Origin: Trueperaceae bacterium
GTDB taxonomy: Bacteria; Deinococcota; Deinococci; Deinococcales; Trueperaceae
Length of the DNA stretch: 64,000 nt
Direction of reading: 5' to 3'
NCBI GenBank assembly: GCA_034520945.1
Contig: JAXHNB010000002.1
Span: 64,001 to 128,000, forward strand
Numbering within the stretch: the stretch's first letter is position 1; every line of letters starts with the position of its first letter. Positions 1 through 9,650 of this stretch are shown piece by piece. Below the pieces are notes generated by a model, which was not told the DNA's origin, did no database searches, and saw only the letters and a program-made list of their open reading frames with translations. Both the position numbers and the translations under genes were made by a program.

Positions 1-159
1 CTCGATCGAGGCGTACTCCGCGCCGTGCACGCCGGCGCTGAGCAGCAGCGTCGGCCCGTCGGTGGCACCGCGAATCACGGCGTAGGGCAGTTCGATGGCG
101 GGGGAGACGTCGGGCGCAGCATCCCGCGGTGGGTGCGGCCCGCGGCGAAGCGGGTGGGG
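1..159 (-). repeat. Near-identical direct copy of 17095-17254 (5' part of the M14 deacylase gene); degenerate gene fragment running off the window edge
   Basis: Base-by-base comparison shows identity except gagacgtcgggcg versus gagaggtcggggcg (one substitution, one deleted G). Identity stops just before the first codons (MFD) of the intact gene. Confidence 0.95.
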
Positions 160-497
160 CCGCCAACGATGGTCGTGAGGCCCGCCGACGATGGCGTTCT
201 GTGCAACCGTGATGTCGATTGCCTCCGCGTGTCGAACTCCGGCCTGCGCCTCTCCATAGCGCCTCGAGGCCGAGAAGATCGAGGCCAGTGCGTTCATGTT
301 GCTACCCGAATCGTATTGCTGCGACGAGAGGTGTCCCCGGCGGTCCCGACGCTTCGGGACCTTACGATCCAACGACCGCCGGGCCCGCCCGTGTACCATG
401 AGTTCCGGCCGCATCAATGATCGTGCCCACGCCCCGTGCCGATCCGCCCCGGAACCCGGGCAAACACGGCACCGGCGCGACCCCCGGAGGAGGACCC

Positions 498-1415
498 ATG
501 CCCTACATGCTTCGCCGTTCCCTGTTCGCCGTCCTGCTGCTCGCGTTCGTTCCGCTGGCGCTGGCCCAGCAGGCCCGCGTCGCCGTGATGACGCCCTATC
601 TGGCCTCGGCCACCACGCGGATCATGGTCGAGGAGCTCGAGGCGGCGCTTCAAGAGATGGACTACGCCGTGAACGTGATCGATACCGCCGGCGACGTCGG
701 CGCGTTGGACGGACGCATTCAGGACGTGGTGACGCAGGACGTCGACGCGATCGTGCTGTCCGTCAACCCCGAACTGGTGCCCGCCGCGGTCGAGAACGCC
801 AACGACGCCGGCATCCCGGTGTTCGGGATGGACGCCGGGTCCACGCAGGGGCTGGTGCAGGACGTGACATCCAACAACTACGCCATGGCGGCGCAGACCG
901 CGACCTATCTGGTGGACGCGATTCAGGGCGAGGGCCGCGTGCTGATGCTGGTGCACCCCCCCTACGCGCCGGTGCAGAAGCGCGGCGTGGTGGCGCGCGC
1001 CATCTTCGACAACACGCCCGACGTCGAGGTGATGGACGAGGTGTTCGTCGACGTGCCCGGCCCCCTGGAGAACGCCCGCAACGCCGTCGAGGCGGTGTTG
1101 ACCGCCAACCCCGAGCCGGGCGCCATCGCGGGCATCTGGGCGGCCTGGGACGAGCCCGCCCTGGGGGCGCTGCAGGCCATCGAATCGCAGGGCCGCGCGG
1201 ACGAGGGCATCGTCATCGTCGGGCTCGACGCGATCGATCCCGCACGCGCGGCGATCGCGGACGGTGGCCCGTTCCAAGCGACGGTGGCGCAGGACTTCGA
1301 AGCGATCGCGAACACCGTGGCGGAGCGCGTGGACGCCTACCTGGACGGTGAGGAGCCCAGCCAACGATCGATCTACATCCCGGCGTCCCTGTTGACGCAG
1401 GACGAGCTTCGCTGA
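498..1415 (+). CDS. Sugar ABC transporter substrate-binding protein (RbsB-like)
   Basis: GGAGGA before ATG 498; signal peptide ending ALA-QQ; periplasmic-binding-protein pattern (DAIVL, GIPVFGMD, IVGLD). Confidence 0.9.
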   Translation: MPYMLRRSLFAVLLLAFVPLALAQQARVAVMTPYLASATTRIMVEELEAALQEMDYAVNVIDTAGDVGALDGRIQDVVTQDVDAIVLSVNPELVPAAVENANDAGIPVFGMDAGSTQGLVQDVTSNNYAMAAQTATYLVDAIQGEGRVLMLVHPPYAPVQKRGVVARAIFDNTPDVEVMDEVFVDVPGPLENARNAVEAVLTANPEPGAIAGIWAAWDEPALGALQAIESQGRADEGIVIVGLDAIDPARAAIADGGPFQATVAQDFEAIANTVAERVDAYLDGEEPSQRSIYIPASLLTQDELR

Positions 1416-1468
1416 GCGCGTGAGCAGCCGACCGGGACGCCCCGCCCGCCGGGGGCGGGGCCGCCCCC

Positions 1469-2995
1469 TTGCTGGCGGTGCGGGGCGCCTCGAAGCGTTT
1501 CGACGGCGAAGTCGCGTTGGAGGACGCCTCGCTGGAGGTGCGCGCCGGCGAGGTGCACGCGCTGATGGGCGAGAACGGGGCCGGCAAGTCCACCCTGATC
1601 AAGCTTCTGGCCGGCGTCGAGATTCCCGACGCGATGCAGCTCGAGGTGTGCGGCCGGCCCGAGCGTGTGGGCGGACCCGGCGACGCCGGCCGCTTGGGCC
1701 TGCGGTTCATCCACCAGGAGCTCAACGTGGTGCCGGCGTTGTCGGTGGCCGAGAACATCTTCCTCGGGCACGACTATCCGCGGCGCATGACGGGTCTGGT
1801 GGATTGGCGCGCGCTGCGGGCTCGGGCCCGCGACACGTTGGCGGGGCTTGGCGTCCGCCACATCGATCCCGCCGTGCCGATGAGCCGCCTCGGCACCGGC
1901 GACGCCATGCTGGTGTCGATCGCGCGGGCGTTCGTGGAGCCGGCCGGCGCGGGCGAGCGCGGCCTGGTCTACGTCATGGACGAGCCCACCGCCGCGCTCT
2001 CCCGTCACGAGACGGCGCTGCTGTTCGAGGTGGTGCGAGGCCTGCGCAGCCGCGGGGCGGGGGTGCTGTACGTCTCGCACCGCATGGAGGAGATCTTCGA
2101 GATCGCCGACCGCATCACCGTCCTGCGCGACGGGCGGGTGGTGCGCACCGTCGCGAGCGAGGACGCCACGCGCGAGGGGCTGATCCACGCCATGACCGGG
2201 CGGGCCCTGGACGGCAGCTACGGCGGCGCCTCGCAAGGCGGGCCCCAAGACGATGCCCGCGCCGGCGCGCCGGCCCTGGAGGCGCGCGAGCTGCGCACGG
2301 CCGACCTGCACGGGGTGTCGCTGAAGGTGTGGCCCGGCGAGGTGGTGGGCGTGACCGGCCTGGCCGGGTCGGGCCGCACCGAGCTTCTGCGGGCGTTGCT
2401 CGGGGCCGACCCGCTCCGTGCGGGCCAGGTCCTGTTGGCCGGCCAGGAGGTGCGCCTCCGGCATCCCGCCGAGGCGTGGGCGGCCGGGCTGGCGTACGTG
2501 CCCGAGGAGCGCCGCAGCCAAGCGCTGGCGATGGGGGCCGACGTGCGGCGCAACCTGTTGCTGCCGCACCTGGCCCGAGTGTCCACCTTCGGTGTCGCCG
2601 ACCGCCGCCGCGAACGGCGGGAGGCGGATGCCTGGGGTCGCGAGGTGGGCCTGCGCGCCCGTGGTCCGCACCAGGCGGTGCACGAGCTCTCCGGCGGAAA
2701 CCAGCAGAAGGTGGTGCTGGCACGGGCGTTGGCGGCGCGGCCGCGGGTGCTGTTGTTGGACGAGCCGACCCGCGGCGTCGACGTCGGTGCGAAGGCCGAC
2801 ATCTACCGGCTGGTCCGCCAGGCGGCGGCGGACGGCGCGGCGGTGCTGCTGGCGTCGTCCGACCTGGACGAGGTGCTCGGCGTGTGCGAGCGTGTCCTGG
2901 TGCTGCACGAGGGGCGCATCACGCACGAACGGCCGGTCGCGACGCTGGACCGCGGTGCGCTGCTGGAGTTGTGCTACGGCGGGGCGGCCGCATGA
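1469..2995 (+). CDS. Sugar ABC transporter ATP-binding protein (RbsA-like, two ABC domains)
   Basis: GENGAGKS, MDEPT, LSGGNQQKV, LDEPTRGVD. Start uncertain (TTG 1469; GTG 1420 is out of frame). Confidence 0.93.
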   Translation: MLAVRGASKRFDGEVALEDASLEVRAGEVHALMGENGAGKSTLIKLLAGVEIPDAMQLEVCGRPERVGGPGDAGRLGLRFIHQELNVVPALSVAENIFLGHDYPRRMTGLVDWRALRARARDTLAGLGVRHIDPAVPMSRLGTGDAMLVSIARAFVEPAGAGERGLVYVMDEPTAALSRHETALLFEVVRGLRSRGAGVLYVSHRMEEIFEIADRITVLRDGRVVRTVASEDATREGLIHAMTGRALDGSYGGASQGGPQDDARAGAPALEARELRTADLHGVSLKVWPGEVVGVTGLAGSGRTELLRALLGADPLRAGQVLLAGQEVRLRHPAEAWAAGLAYVPEERRSQALAMGADVRRNLLLPHLARVSTFGVADRRRERREADAWGREVGLRARGPHQAVHELSGGNQQKVVLARALAARPRVLLLDEPTRGVDVGAKADIYRLVRQAAADGAAVLLASSDLDEVLGVCERVLVLHEGRITHERPVATLDRGALLELCYGGAAA

Positions 2996-3999
2996 GCACC
3001 GAGTCGTCCGCCCCGGCGGTGCGTGGCGGCCCGTCGCGACGCCTGCGCGCGCTCCGTCGCTACGGCACGCTGGTGGGTCTGTTAGCCATCATCGGGGTGT
3101 TCTGGACCCTGCGGCCGGACACCTTCATGACGATCGGCAACTGGCTCAACATCACCCAGCAGGTGTCGATCCTGGCGGTGGTGGCGTTCACCAGCACGGT
3201 GGTGATGGTGACCGGCGCCTTCGACCTGTCGGTCGGCACGCTGGCCAGCCTGAGCGGCATGATCGCGGCGGGCCTGATGCAGGCGGGCTACCCCATCCCG
3301 GTCGCGATCATCGTGGCCCTGGCTGCGGCCGCCGCCGCGGGCGTGCTGAACGGTCTGCTGGTGGCGTACCTGCGCATCGTGCCGTTCGTGGCGACGCTGG
3401 GGACGCTCACCATGTTCGGCGGGTTCGCGCTGCTGGTGTCGGGCGGAAGCACCATCTACGGCCGCGCCATCCCCAGCGCGTTCGGGTCGTTCGGGCGGGG
3501 CGGCATCCCCTTGGGGACGTTCGACGGCCGCGCGGTGCTGCTCCCCAACCTCACGCTGGTGGCGGCGGGGGTGCTGCTGGCCACCTGGGTGCTGCTGGAG
3601 CACACCACCTACGGCCGCCGCCTGTACGCCACCGGCGGCAACGTGGTCGCGGCCCGGCTGGCCGGGCTGCGCGTCCGGCGCCTGGTGCTCGGGGCGTTCA
3701 TGGTGAACGGGATCGGCGCCGGCATCGGTGGGCTGATGCTCACCAGCCGCCTGGCCTCCGCCAACCCCACGCAGGGCGACGGGCTGATGCTGAACGCCAT
3801 CGCCGCGGTGTTCCTGGGGGTCACGCTCAGCGAGGAGGGCGAACCGCGCGTGCTCGGCACCTTGGTGGGGGTGCTGATCCTGGGCGTGCTGGCCAACGGG
3901 CTGACCCAGCTCCAGATCGATACCTACGTCCAACAGGTGCTGACCGGCGCCATCGTGGTGGCCGCGGTCGCGTTCGGCAGCGTTTCGAAGCGCGGATGA
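2992..3999 (+). CDS. Sugar ABC transporter permease (RbsC-like)
   Basis: ATGA overlap with the ATPase stop; FDLSVG, PFVATLG, GRRLYATGGN, IAAVFLG motifs; hydrophobic. Confidence 0.92.
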   Translation: MSTESSAPAVRGGPSRRLRALRRYGTLVGLLAIIGVFWTLRPDTFMTIGNWLNITQQVSILAVVAFTSTVVMVTGAFDLSVGTLASLSGMIAAGLMQAGYPIPVAIIVALAAAAAAGVLNGLLVAYLRIVPFVATLGTLTMFGGFALLVSGGSTIYGRAIPSAFGSFGRGGIPLGTFDGRAVLLPNLTLVAAGVLLATWVLLEHTTYGRRLYATGGNVVAARLAGLRVRRLVLGAFMVNGIGAGIGGLMLTSRLASANPTQGDGLMLNAIAAVFLGVTLSEEGEPRVLGTLVGVLILGVLANGLTQLQIDTYVQQVLTGAIVVAAVAFGSVSKRG

Positions 4000-4009
4000 G
4001 GGGAGGACC

Positions 4010-5530
4010 ATGACCGACGCAGGCGAGCAGGATGCGCTGGTGCTCGACGTCGGCACCAGCGCCGTGAAGGCGGCGGTGCTGACGCCGGACGGCACGGTCC
4101 GCGCCCAGGCGGCGGCGGAGATCGCCACGCGCACCGCCGAGGGCGGCGTGATGGAGCAGGACGCCAGCGCCTGGTGGGAGGCGACCCGCAGCGCGGTGGC
4201 GGGCCTGTCCGGCGCGGTGGACCTGGGTGGCGTGGGGCGCGTGGCGCTCACCGGCCAGATGCAGGATCTGACCCTGGCCGACGCGGATGGCCGGCCGCTC
4301 CGCCCCACCATCCTGTACGGCGACACCCGGGCGGTGCGCGAGGCCGCCGAGGTGAACGCGGCGGTCGGGGCGGCGCGCCTGCGCGACCTGAGCGGCAACG
4401 AACCGGACGCGGGCGGGCTGCTGGCCAAGCTGGCCTGGCTGCGCCGCCACGAACCCGGGACGTGGGCGAACACCGAGCGGATCTTCCTCGGCGCCAGCGA
4501 CGCGGTCGCGTTCCGCCTGACCGGGCGCGCCGCCTGCGACACCACCACCGCCTCCACCACCGGCCTGATGGCGCTGGAGGCCCGCGCGCCCCTCCCGAAC
4601 GAGGTGTTCGAGGCGCTGGGCATGGCCGGCGTGCCGGCGCGTTTGCCTCGCCTGGTCGCGGGCGGCACCGCGGTCGGGCCGCTCGCACCCGCGGCCGCAG
4701 ACGCCCTGGGCGTGCCGGCCGGCATCGCGGTGCACGTGGGGCCCGGCGACGCCGGCGCGACCACCGTAGGCGCCGGCAGCGGCGAGCCGGGGCCCGCCTC
4801 GGGGTACGTGGGGACCAGTGGCTGGGTGGCGTTCAGCGCAGCAGCGCGCGGCGACCCGGACGCAGGCGTGTTCACCCTCGCCCATCCTGCGCCGGGCCGG
4901 ACCATTCAGGTGGCGCCGCTGTTGACGGCCGGCGGCAACCTGGCCTGGGCGAGGGCCGCGCTGGGCGCGGGCGCCGACTACGAGGCGTTGATCGACGAGG
5001 CGCTGGACCGACCGCCCGGCCGCACCTTGTACCTGCCGTACCTGCAGGGCGAGCGCGCGCCGTTTCGGGATCCCGACGCGCGTGGCGCGTTCATCGGGCT
5101 CGAGCTCGGCACCACGCACCTGGACATGGTCAGGGCGGTGCTGGAAGGCGTGGCGTTCGCCTACCGGCACGCGTTGCGGGCGTTGCGGCCCGGCTCGGAC
5201 GAGGCGCTGGAGGGGCTGGCCCTGTCGGGGGGTGGCACGCGTTCGGCGGCGTGGTGTCAGCTGTTCGCCACCGTTCTGGGGGCGCCGGTGCGGGTGATGG
5301 ACGAGCCGGGCGCGGTGGGGGTGCGCGGGGCGCTTCGCTGCGCGCAGGTCGCGGCCGGCGACGCGCCGGACTACCGCGTCCGCCTGCGGGTCCGCACCTT
5401 CGAGCCCGACCCGGCCGCACGCGCCCACTACGACGCGCTGTTCGAGCAGTTCCTGCAGGCGTACGTGGGGCTCCGGCCGACGTTCCAAGGGCTGGCCCAG
5501 GTGCCGACCGCCTCGGGGGGCACGCCGTAG
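4010..5530 (+). CDS. FGGY-family carbohydrate kinase (xylulokinase-like)
   Basis: LDVGTSAVK, TGQMQ, GTSG, PYLQGERAP, RAVLEGVA, GGG motifs. Confidence 0.9.
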   Translation: MTDAGEQDALVLDVGTSAVKAAVLTPDGTVRAQAAAEIATRTAEGGVMEQDASAWWEATRSAVAGLSGAVDLGGVGRVALTGQMQDLTLADADGRPLRPTILYGDTRAVREAAEVNAAVGAARLRDLSGNEPDAGGLLAKLAWLRRHEPGTWANTERIFLGASDAVAFRLTGRAACDTTTASTTGLMALEARAPLPNEVFEALGMAGVPARLPRLVAGGTAVGPLAPAAADALGVPAGIAVHVGPGDAGATTVGAGSGEPGPASGYVGTSGWVAFSAAARGDPDAGVFTLAHPAPGRTIQVAPLLTAGGNLAWARAALGAGADYEALIDEALDRPPGRTLYLPYLQGERAPFRDPDARGAFIGLELGTTHLDMVRAVLEGVAFAYRHALRALRPGSDEALEGLALSGGGTRSAAWCQLFATVLGAPVRVMDEPGAVGVRGALRCAQVAAGDAPDYRVRLRVRTFEPDPAARAHYDALFEQFLQAYVGLRPTFQGLAQVPTASGGTP

Positions 5531-5621
5531 GGAGGGGGCGAGCTGTCGCGCTCCGGCCGGCTGCGCCGGTGCGCAGGGGAATTGTGCCGGGGCGCACGCC
5601 CGGCTTGCGAGACGTGACCTA

Positions 5622-5635
5622 ACCTACCGGTAGGT
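5622..5635. promoter_or_regulatory. Perfect 14-bp palindrome ACCTACCGGTAGGT, candidate TetR operator
   Basis: Abuts the TetR ATG at 5636; no Shine-Dalgarno sequence in front of the start. Confidence 0.7.
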
Positions 5636-6190
5636 ATGGGTGTTCGGGAGCAGATCCTCACGGCCGCGGAACGGGCCTTCGCGGCACGCGGCTACGCGGG
5701 CACGCAGGTCGGCGAGATCGCGGGGGAGCTGGGGCTCACCAAGGCCGCCATCTACCACTACTTCGAGTCCAAGCGGGCGCTGCTCACCACGCTCCTCGAC
5801 GAGAGCCTTGCCGCCGCGCAGCACGCGCTGACCATGGAGGCACCGCTGGCCTCCCGGCTGCACGCCTACGCCGACGTGTACCGAGACCAACTCGAACCGC
5901 TGACCGCGGTGGCGACGGCGCAATCGACGCGTCGCGGCGGCGACCTGGAGGCGGGCCGCATCGCCGGTCGCTACATGCAGCGCAGCGTCGCGCTGCTGGA
6001 GGAGGCGCTGCGCGAGCACGTGGGCAACGAGCGCGCCGGGCTGCTGGCGCCCCTGTTCAGCACCATCGTGCACGGCGCGCACATGATGGCGCAGCACCAT
6101 CCCGGCGTGCAGCGGGAGGCGCTCGTCGACGAGGGCGTGCGGGTGTTCGTGCGGGGCATCGGCGGACCCTGGGAGGCGGAGGCGCGATGA
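5636..6190 (+). CDS. TetR/AcrR-family transcriptional regulator
   Basis: N-terminal HTH (ILTAAERAF..GY..IAGELGLTKAAIYHYFESK); ATGA overlap with crtB. Confidence 0.92.
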   Translation: MGVREQILTAAERAFAARGYAGTQVGEIAGELGLTKAAIYHYFESKRALLTTLLDESLAAAQHALTMEAPLASRLHAYADVYRDQLEPLTAVATAQSTRRGGDLEAGRIAGRYMQRSVALLEEALREHVGNERAGLLAPLFSTIVHGAHMMAQHHPGVQREALVDEGVRVFVRGIGGPWEAEAR

Positions 6191-7107
6191 ACGTCGCGAT
6201 GGCGACACCGGCGCCGCACGAGTCGCTGGTGCGGTGCGCCGAGCTGGCGCGGGCGCACTCCACCACCTTCGCGTGGGGCGCGCGGGCGTTCCCGGCCGAC
6301 GAACGCCGTGCCGTCCTGGCGATCTACGCCGCCTGCCGGGCCGGCGACGACGCCGTCGACGAGGCGCCCGCCGGCGCCGATCCCGCCGCGCGTTTGGCGG
6401 CGTGGTGGGCGGGGATCGAGCGCGCCTACGCCGGTACGCCCACCGCCGGCGACGCGCGCGAGGAGGCGCTCGCCTGGGTGCTGTCGCGCTACCAGGTTCC
6501 GTTCGACGCCTTCTCCGAGCTGCACCTGGGGCTCCAGTCCGACCTGGCGCGCAGCCGTGTGGAGACGTTGGACGAATTGATGCTGTACTGCCGCCGGGTC
6601 GGCGGCGTGGTGGGGTGGATGATCACGCCGATCGCGGTCGAACACGCCACGCCCGAAATGCAGCGCGACGCCCTCGCGCTCGGCGAGGCGATGCAGCTCA
6701 CCAACATCCTGCGTGACGTGGGCGAGGACCTGCGCCTGGGCCGCCTCTACCTTCCGGCCCAGGCGCTGCATCGCTACGGCGTCCGCGAGGACGATCTGCA
6801 GGCGGGCCGCGTCACCGACGCCTACGTCGGGCTTCTGCGACACCTCGCCCGCCGCGCCGATCGCCTGTACCGCCAGGCCTGGCGCAGCATTCCTCGCCTC
6901 GAGGGGCGCGCCGCGTTGGCGGTCGGGCTCGCCGCCGACCAGTACCGCGGCATCCTCGGGACGCTGCGGCGCAACGGGTACGACAACCTGACCCGCCGTG
7001 CCAGCCTGACGCACGCGCAGCGCCTCGCCCTCGTCCCCCTCGCCGCAGCGCGCGTGATGGACGGACGCAGGCGGGCCGCGCGCCTCGGCCGAGGGGGGCG
7101 GCCGTGA
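6187..7107 (+). CDS. crtB: Phytoene synthase
   Basis: YAACRAGDDAVD, YCRRVGGVVG and MQLTNILRDVGEDL..GRLYLP motifs. Confidence 0.93.
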   Translation: MNVAMATPAPHESLVRCAELARAHSTTFAWGARAFPADERRAVLAIYAACRAGDDAVDEAPAGADPAARLAAWWAGIERAYAGTPTAGDAREEALAWVLSRYQVPFDAFSELHLGLQSDLARSRVETLDELMLYCRRVGGVVGWMITPIAVEHATPEMQRDALALGEAMQLTNILRDVGEDLRLGRLYLPAQALHRYGVREDDLQAGRVTDAYVGLLRHLARRADRLYRQAWRSIPRLEGRAALAVGLAADQYRGILGTLRRNGYDNLTRRASLTHAQRLALVPLAAARVMDGRRRAARLGRGGRP

Positions 7108-7198
7108 CGCGCCCCGCCCGCTCGGCCGTGGTCACCGGGTCAGGGTTGGGGCGCGACGCCGGCGCGGCCGGTCCGCTCGGCGCGGTGGAGGTGGCCGG

Positions 7199-7948
7199 AT
7201 GACCTACCTTCAGTTCCACCTCGTCTTCCTGCTGCCGCCGATCGTGGCGCTGTTCCTGCTTACGCGCCGGCGCCTCCGCGGCACGGCGCTCGGCGCGAGC
7301 CGGGTCGTGACCGCGTTCGCCGCGATCGTGGTGCTGGCGCTGGCCTACACCACACCCTGGGACAACGCCCTGGTGGCCCGCGGTGTGTGGGGGTACCCAG
7401 ACGGGCGCGTGCTGTTTACGCTCGGGTACGTGCCGATCGAGGAGTACGCCTTCTTCGTGCTGCAACCGATCCTTACGGGGCTTGCGCTGCTGGTGCTGGC
7501 CGGGCCCGGGCCGTTGGCGCCGCGGGCGCGGCCAGCGCCGTGCGCCGCGCTGTGGCGGGTCCTCGGCGCGAGCGGCTTCCTCGCGCTGGGCGGTGTGGGC
7601 GCCGCGCTGCTCACGACACAGGCCGGGACCTACCTGGGCATGATCCTCGCCTGGGCGGGGCCCGTGGGGGCGTTGCAGTGGGCCGTCGGGGGGCACGAGC
7701 TCGCGGCGCGCGGGCGGTCGTGGCTGCCCGCGGTGGCGGTGTCGACGCTCTACCTGTGGGCGGCCGACCGCGCCGCCCTGGCGCTGGGGATCTGGTGGAT
7801 CTCGCCGGAGCTGACCACGGGGGTCCACCTGCTGGGCCTGCCCGTCGAGGAGGCGACGTTCTTCCTGGTCACCAACCTGATGGTGGTGCAGGGCTTGGTG
7901 CTGTTCCTGGCGATGGTGCCGCGGAGGGAGTGGCGATGGGCGTACTAG
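7199..7948 (+). CDS. Membrane lycopene cyclase (two-repeat CrtYc/d type)
   Basis: MTYLQFHL start, YTTPWDN, two P(I/V)EE-x-x-FF repeats; carotenoid context. Confidence 0.85.
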   Translation: MTYLQFHLVFLLPPIVALFLLTRRRLRGTALGASRVVTAFAAIVVLALAYTTPWDNALVARGVWGYPDGRVLFTLGYVPIEEYAFFVLQPILTGLALLVLAGPGPLAPRARPAPCAALWRVLGASGFLALGGVGAALLTTQAGTYLGMILAWAGPVGALQWAVGGHELAARGRSWLPAVAVSTLYLWAADRAALALGIWWISPELTTGVHLLGLPVEEATFFLVTNLMVVQGLVLFLAMVPRREWRWAY

Positions 7949-8574
7949 GGGCGTTCCTCCGCACCGGTTTCGACGTGATGGTACGGCGGCGCCTGCGTGG
8001 GGTGTGGTTGCGCGGCGAGCTTCCCGGCGGCGGGTTCGTGTGGGCCGCCAACCACCACGGCTGGTGGGACGCCTTCGTCGCCGTCGTCATGCTGTGGCGC
8101 CGCGGCCGACGGGTGTGCGTCCTGGTCGACCCCGAGAGCCTGGCCCAGCACGGCTACCTGCGGCACGCCGGGGCGCTGGGCACGCACGAACTTCGCGCCG
8201 CCCTGGCCCGGTTGCGCGCGGGGGAGGTGGTGGTGATCTTCCCCGAGGGCGAGCTGCGTGCGGCGGGACCGGTCGGTCCGCTGGCGGGCGGCGCCGCCTG
8301 GTTGGCGCGGCGGGCGCCGGCCCCGCTGGTGGCGGTGGCGACCCGTGTCACGCTGCGCGGGCACCAGGCGCCGGAGGCCTACCTGTCGCTGCGGCCCTGC
8401 CGGCCCGACGCCCTCGAGGCGGCCCTGCGCGAGGAAGTGGCGGAACTCGACGCCGAACTGCAGGCGTCCGACCCGCGCGCGCCGCTGCCGGGCTTCGCGC
8501 GCGTGTTGGCCGGGCGCCGGAGCGCCGAGGAGCGCCTGCCGCGCCGCGGGACCGCGCGGGAGACCTCCCGGTGA
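7936..8574 (+). CDS. PlsC-like acyltransferase, probable carotenoid glycoside acyltransferase (CruD-like)
   Basis: NHHGWWD and IFPEG motifs; ATG 7936 after GGAG, inside track ORF 7387..8574. Confidence 0.8.
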   Translation: MGVLGAFLRTGFDVMVRRRLRGVWLRGELPGGGFVWAANHHGWWDAFVAVVMLWRRGRRVCVLVDPESLAQHGYLRHAGALGTHELRAALARLRAGEVVVIFPEGELRAAGPVGPLAGGAAWLARRAPAPLVAVATRVTLRGHQAPEAYLSLRPCRPDALEAALREEVAELDAELQASDPRAPLPGFARVLAGRRSAEERLPRRGTARETSR

Positions 8575-9650
8575 GCGTCCTGCTGCCGTGGGCCGTGCTG
8601 GCCGTATGGGCGTTGCGCATCTGTGTGCTGAGCGTCAACCTGCGGGCGTTCCCCGTCCTGGCGCCCGCGGGCGGGGACGCCACGCTCGGACGCGTCTCTT
8701 TGCTCGTCCCCGCCCGCGACGAGGAGGCCACGCTGCGCGAGACGCTGCGCGGGCTGTTGGCGCAACCCGCCGACGAGATTCTGATCCTGAACGATCATTC
8801 GCGCGACGGCACCGGCGCGCTCCTGGCGGCGGCGGCGCGGGACCACCCCACCCTTCGCGTTCTGGAGGGCGCGCCGCTGCCCGAGGGGTGGATCGGCAAG
8901 AACTGGGCGTGCCACCAGTTGGCCGAAGCCGCGCGGGGCGACGTGCTGGTGTTCGCCGACGCCGACGTGCATTGGCAGGAGGGGGCGCTGGCTGCCCTGC
9001 TGGCGGAGATGGCGCGCCAGGACGCGGACGCGTTCTCCGTGTTCCCGCGGCAGCGGACGGGCAGCCTGGGGGAGCGCGCGGTCCTGCCGCTGATCGACGA
9101 GACCTTGCTGTCGTTCCTTCCGTTCGCCTTGCTGGAGCGTGACGTGCCGTCCGCCGCGGCGGCGCACGGGGCGGTCTTCGCGTTCCGGCGCGATGCCTAC
9201 CGGCGTACCGGCGGTCACGCGGCGCTTCGGGGCGAGATCCTCGAGGACGTGCGGATGGCGCAGCGTGTGCGGCGCGTCGGCGCGCGGTTGGGCCTGGCGC
9301 TGGGCGGGCCCATGCTGGGTATCCGCATGTACCACGGCTACGCCCAGGTCGTGCGCGGCATGGGTAAGAGCCTCCGCGCCGCTCACGGCGAGTCACGTCT
9401 GCTGGTGCTGCTGGGGGCGGCCGCGAACCTCGCGATGTACACCGCGCCGTTCGTGCTGGCGCCGCTGGATCCGCGCTGGCTGCCGGCGGCGGCCCTGGCA
9501 TTGCTGTCGCGGGCGCTGGTCGACGCCAAGACGGGCCGCGGATCGCTGGCCGAGCTCGCGCTGGTGCCGTTCGCGCCGTTGCTGGCGCTGCCCGCCTACG
9601 CCCTGGGTTTGCGCCACCAGCGCCACTGGAAAGGACGGGTCTACGCGTGA
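8571..9650 (+). CDS. GT2 glycosyltransferase, probable carotenoid glycosyltransferase (CruC-like)
   Basis: VPARDEE, DHSRDGT, GWIGKNWAC, FADAD, ILED, WKGR C-terminus; GTGA overlap. Confidence 0.85.
   Translation: MSVLLPWAVLAVWALRICVLSVNLRAFPVLAPAGGDATLGRVSLLVPARDEEATLRETLRGLLAQPADEILILNDHSRDGTGALLAAAARDHPTLRVLEGAPLPEGWIGKNWACHQLAEAARGDVLVFADADVHWQEGALAALLAEMARQDADAFSVFPRQRTGSLGERAVLPLIDETLLSFLPFALLERDVPSAAAAHGAVFAFRRDAYRRTGGHAALRGEILEDVRMAQRVRRVGARLGLALGGPMLGIRMYHGYAQVVRGMGKSLRAAHGESRLLVLLGAAANLAMYTAPFVLAPLDPRWLPAAALALLSRALVDAKTGRGSLAELALVPFAPLLALPAYALGLRHQRHWKGRVYA

Noticed and set aside
1420..2991. 859-aa ORF suggesting a giant permease fusion
   Set aside because: The N-terminal part is an off-frame read of the ATPase gene; the permease starts at 2992.
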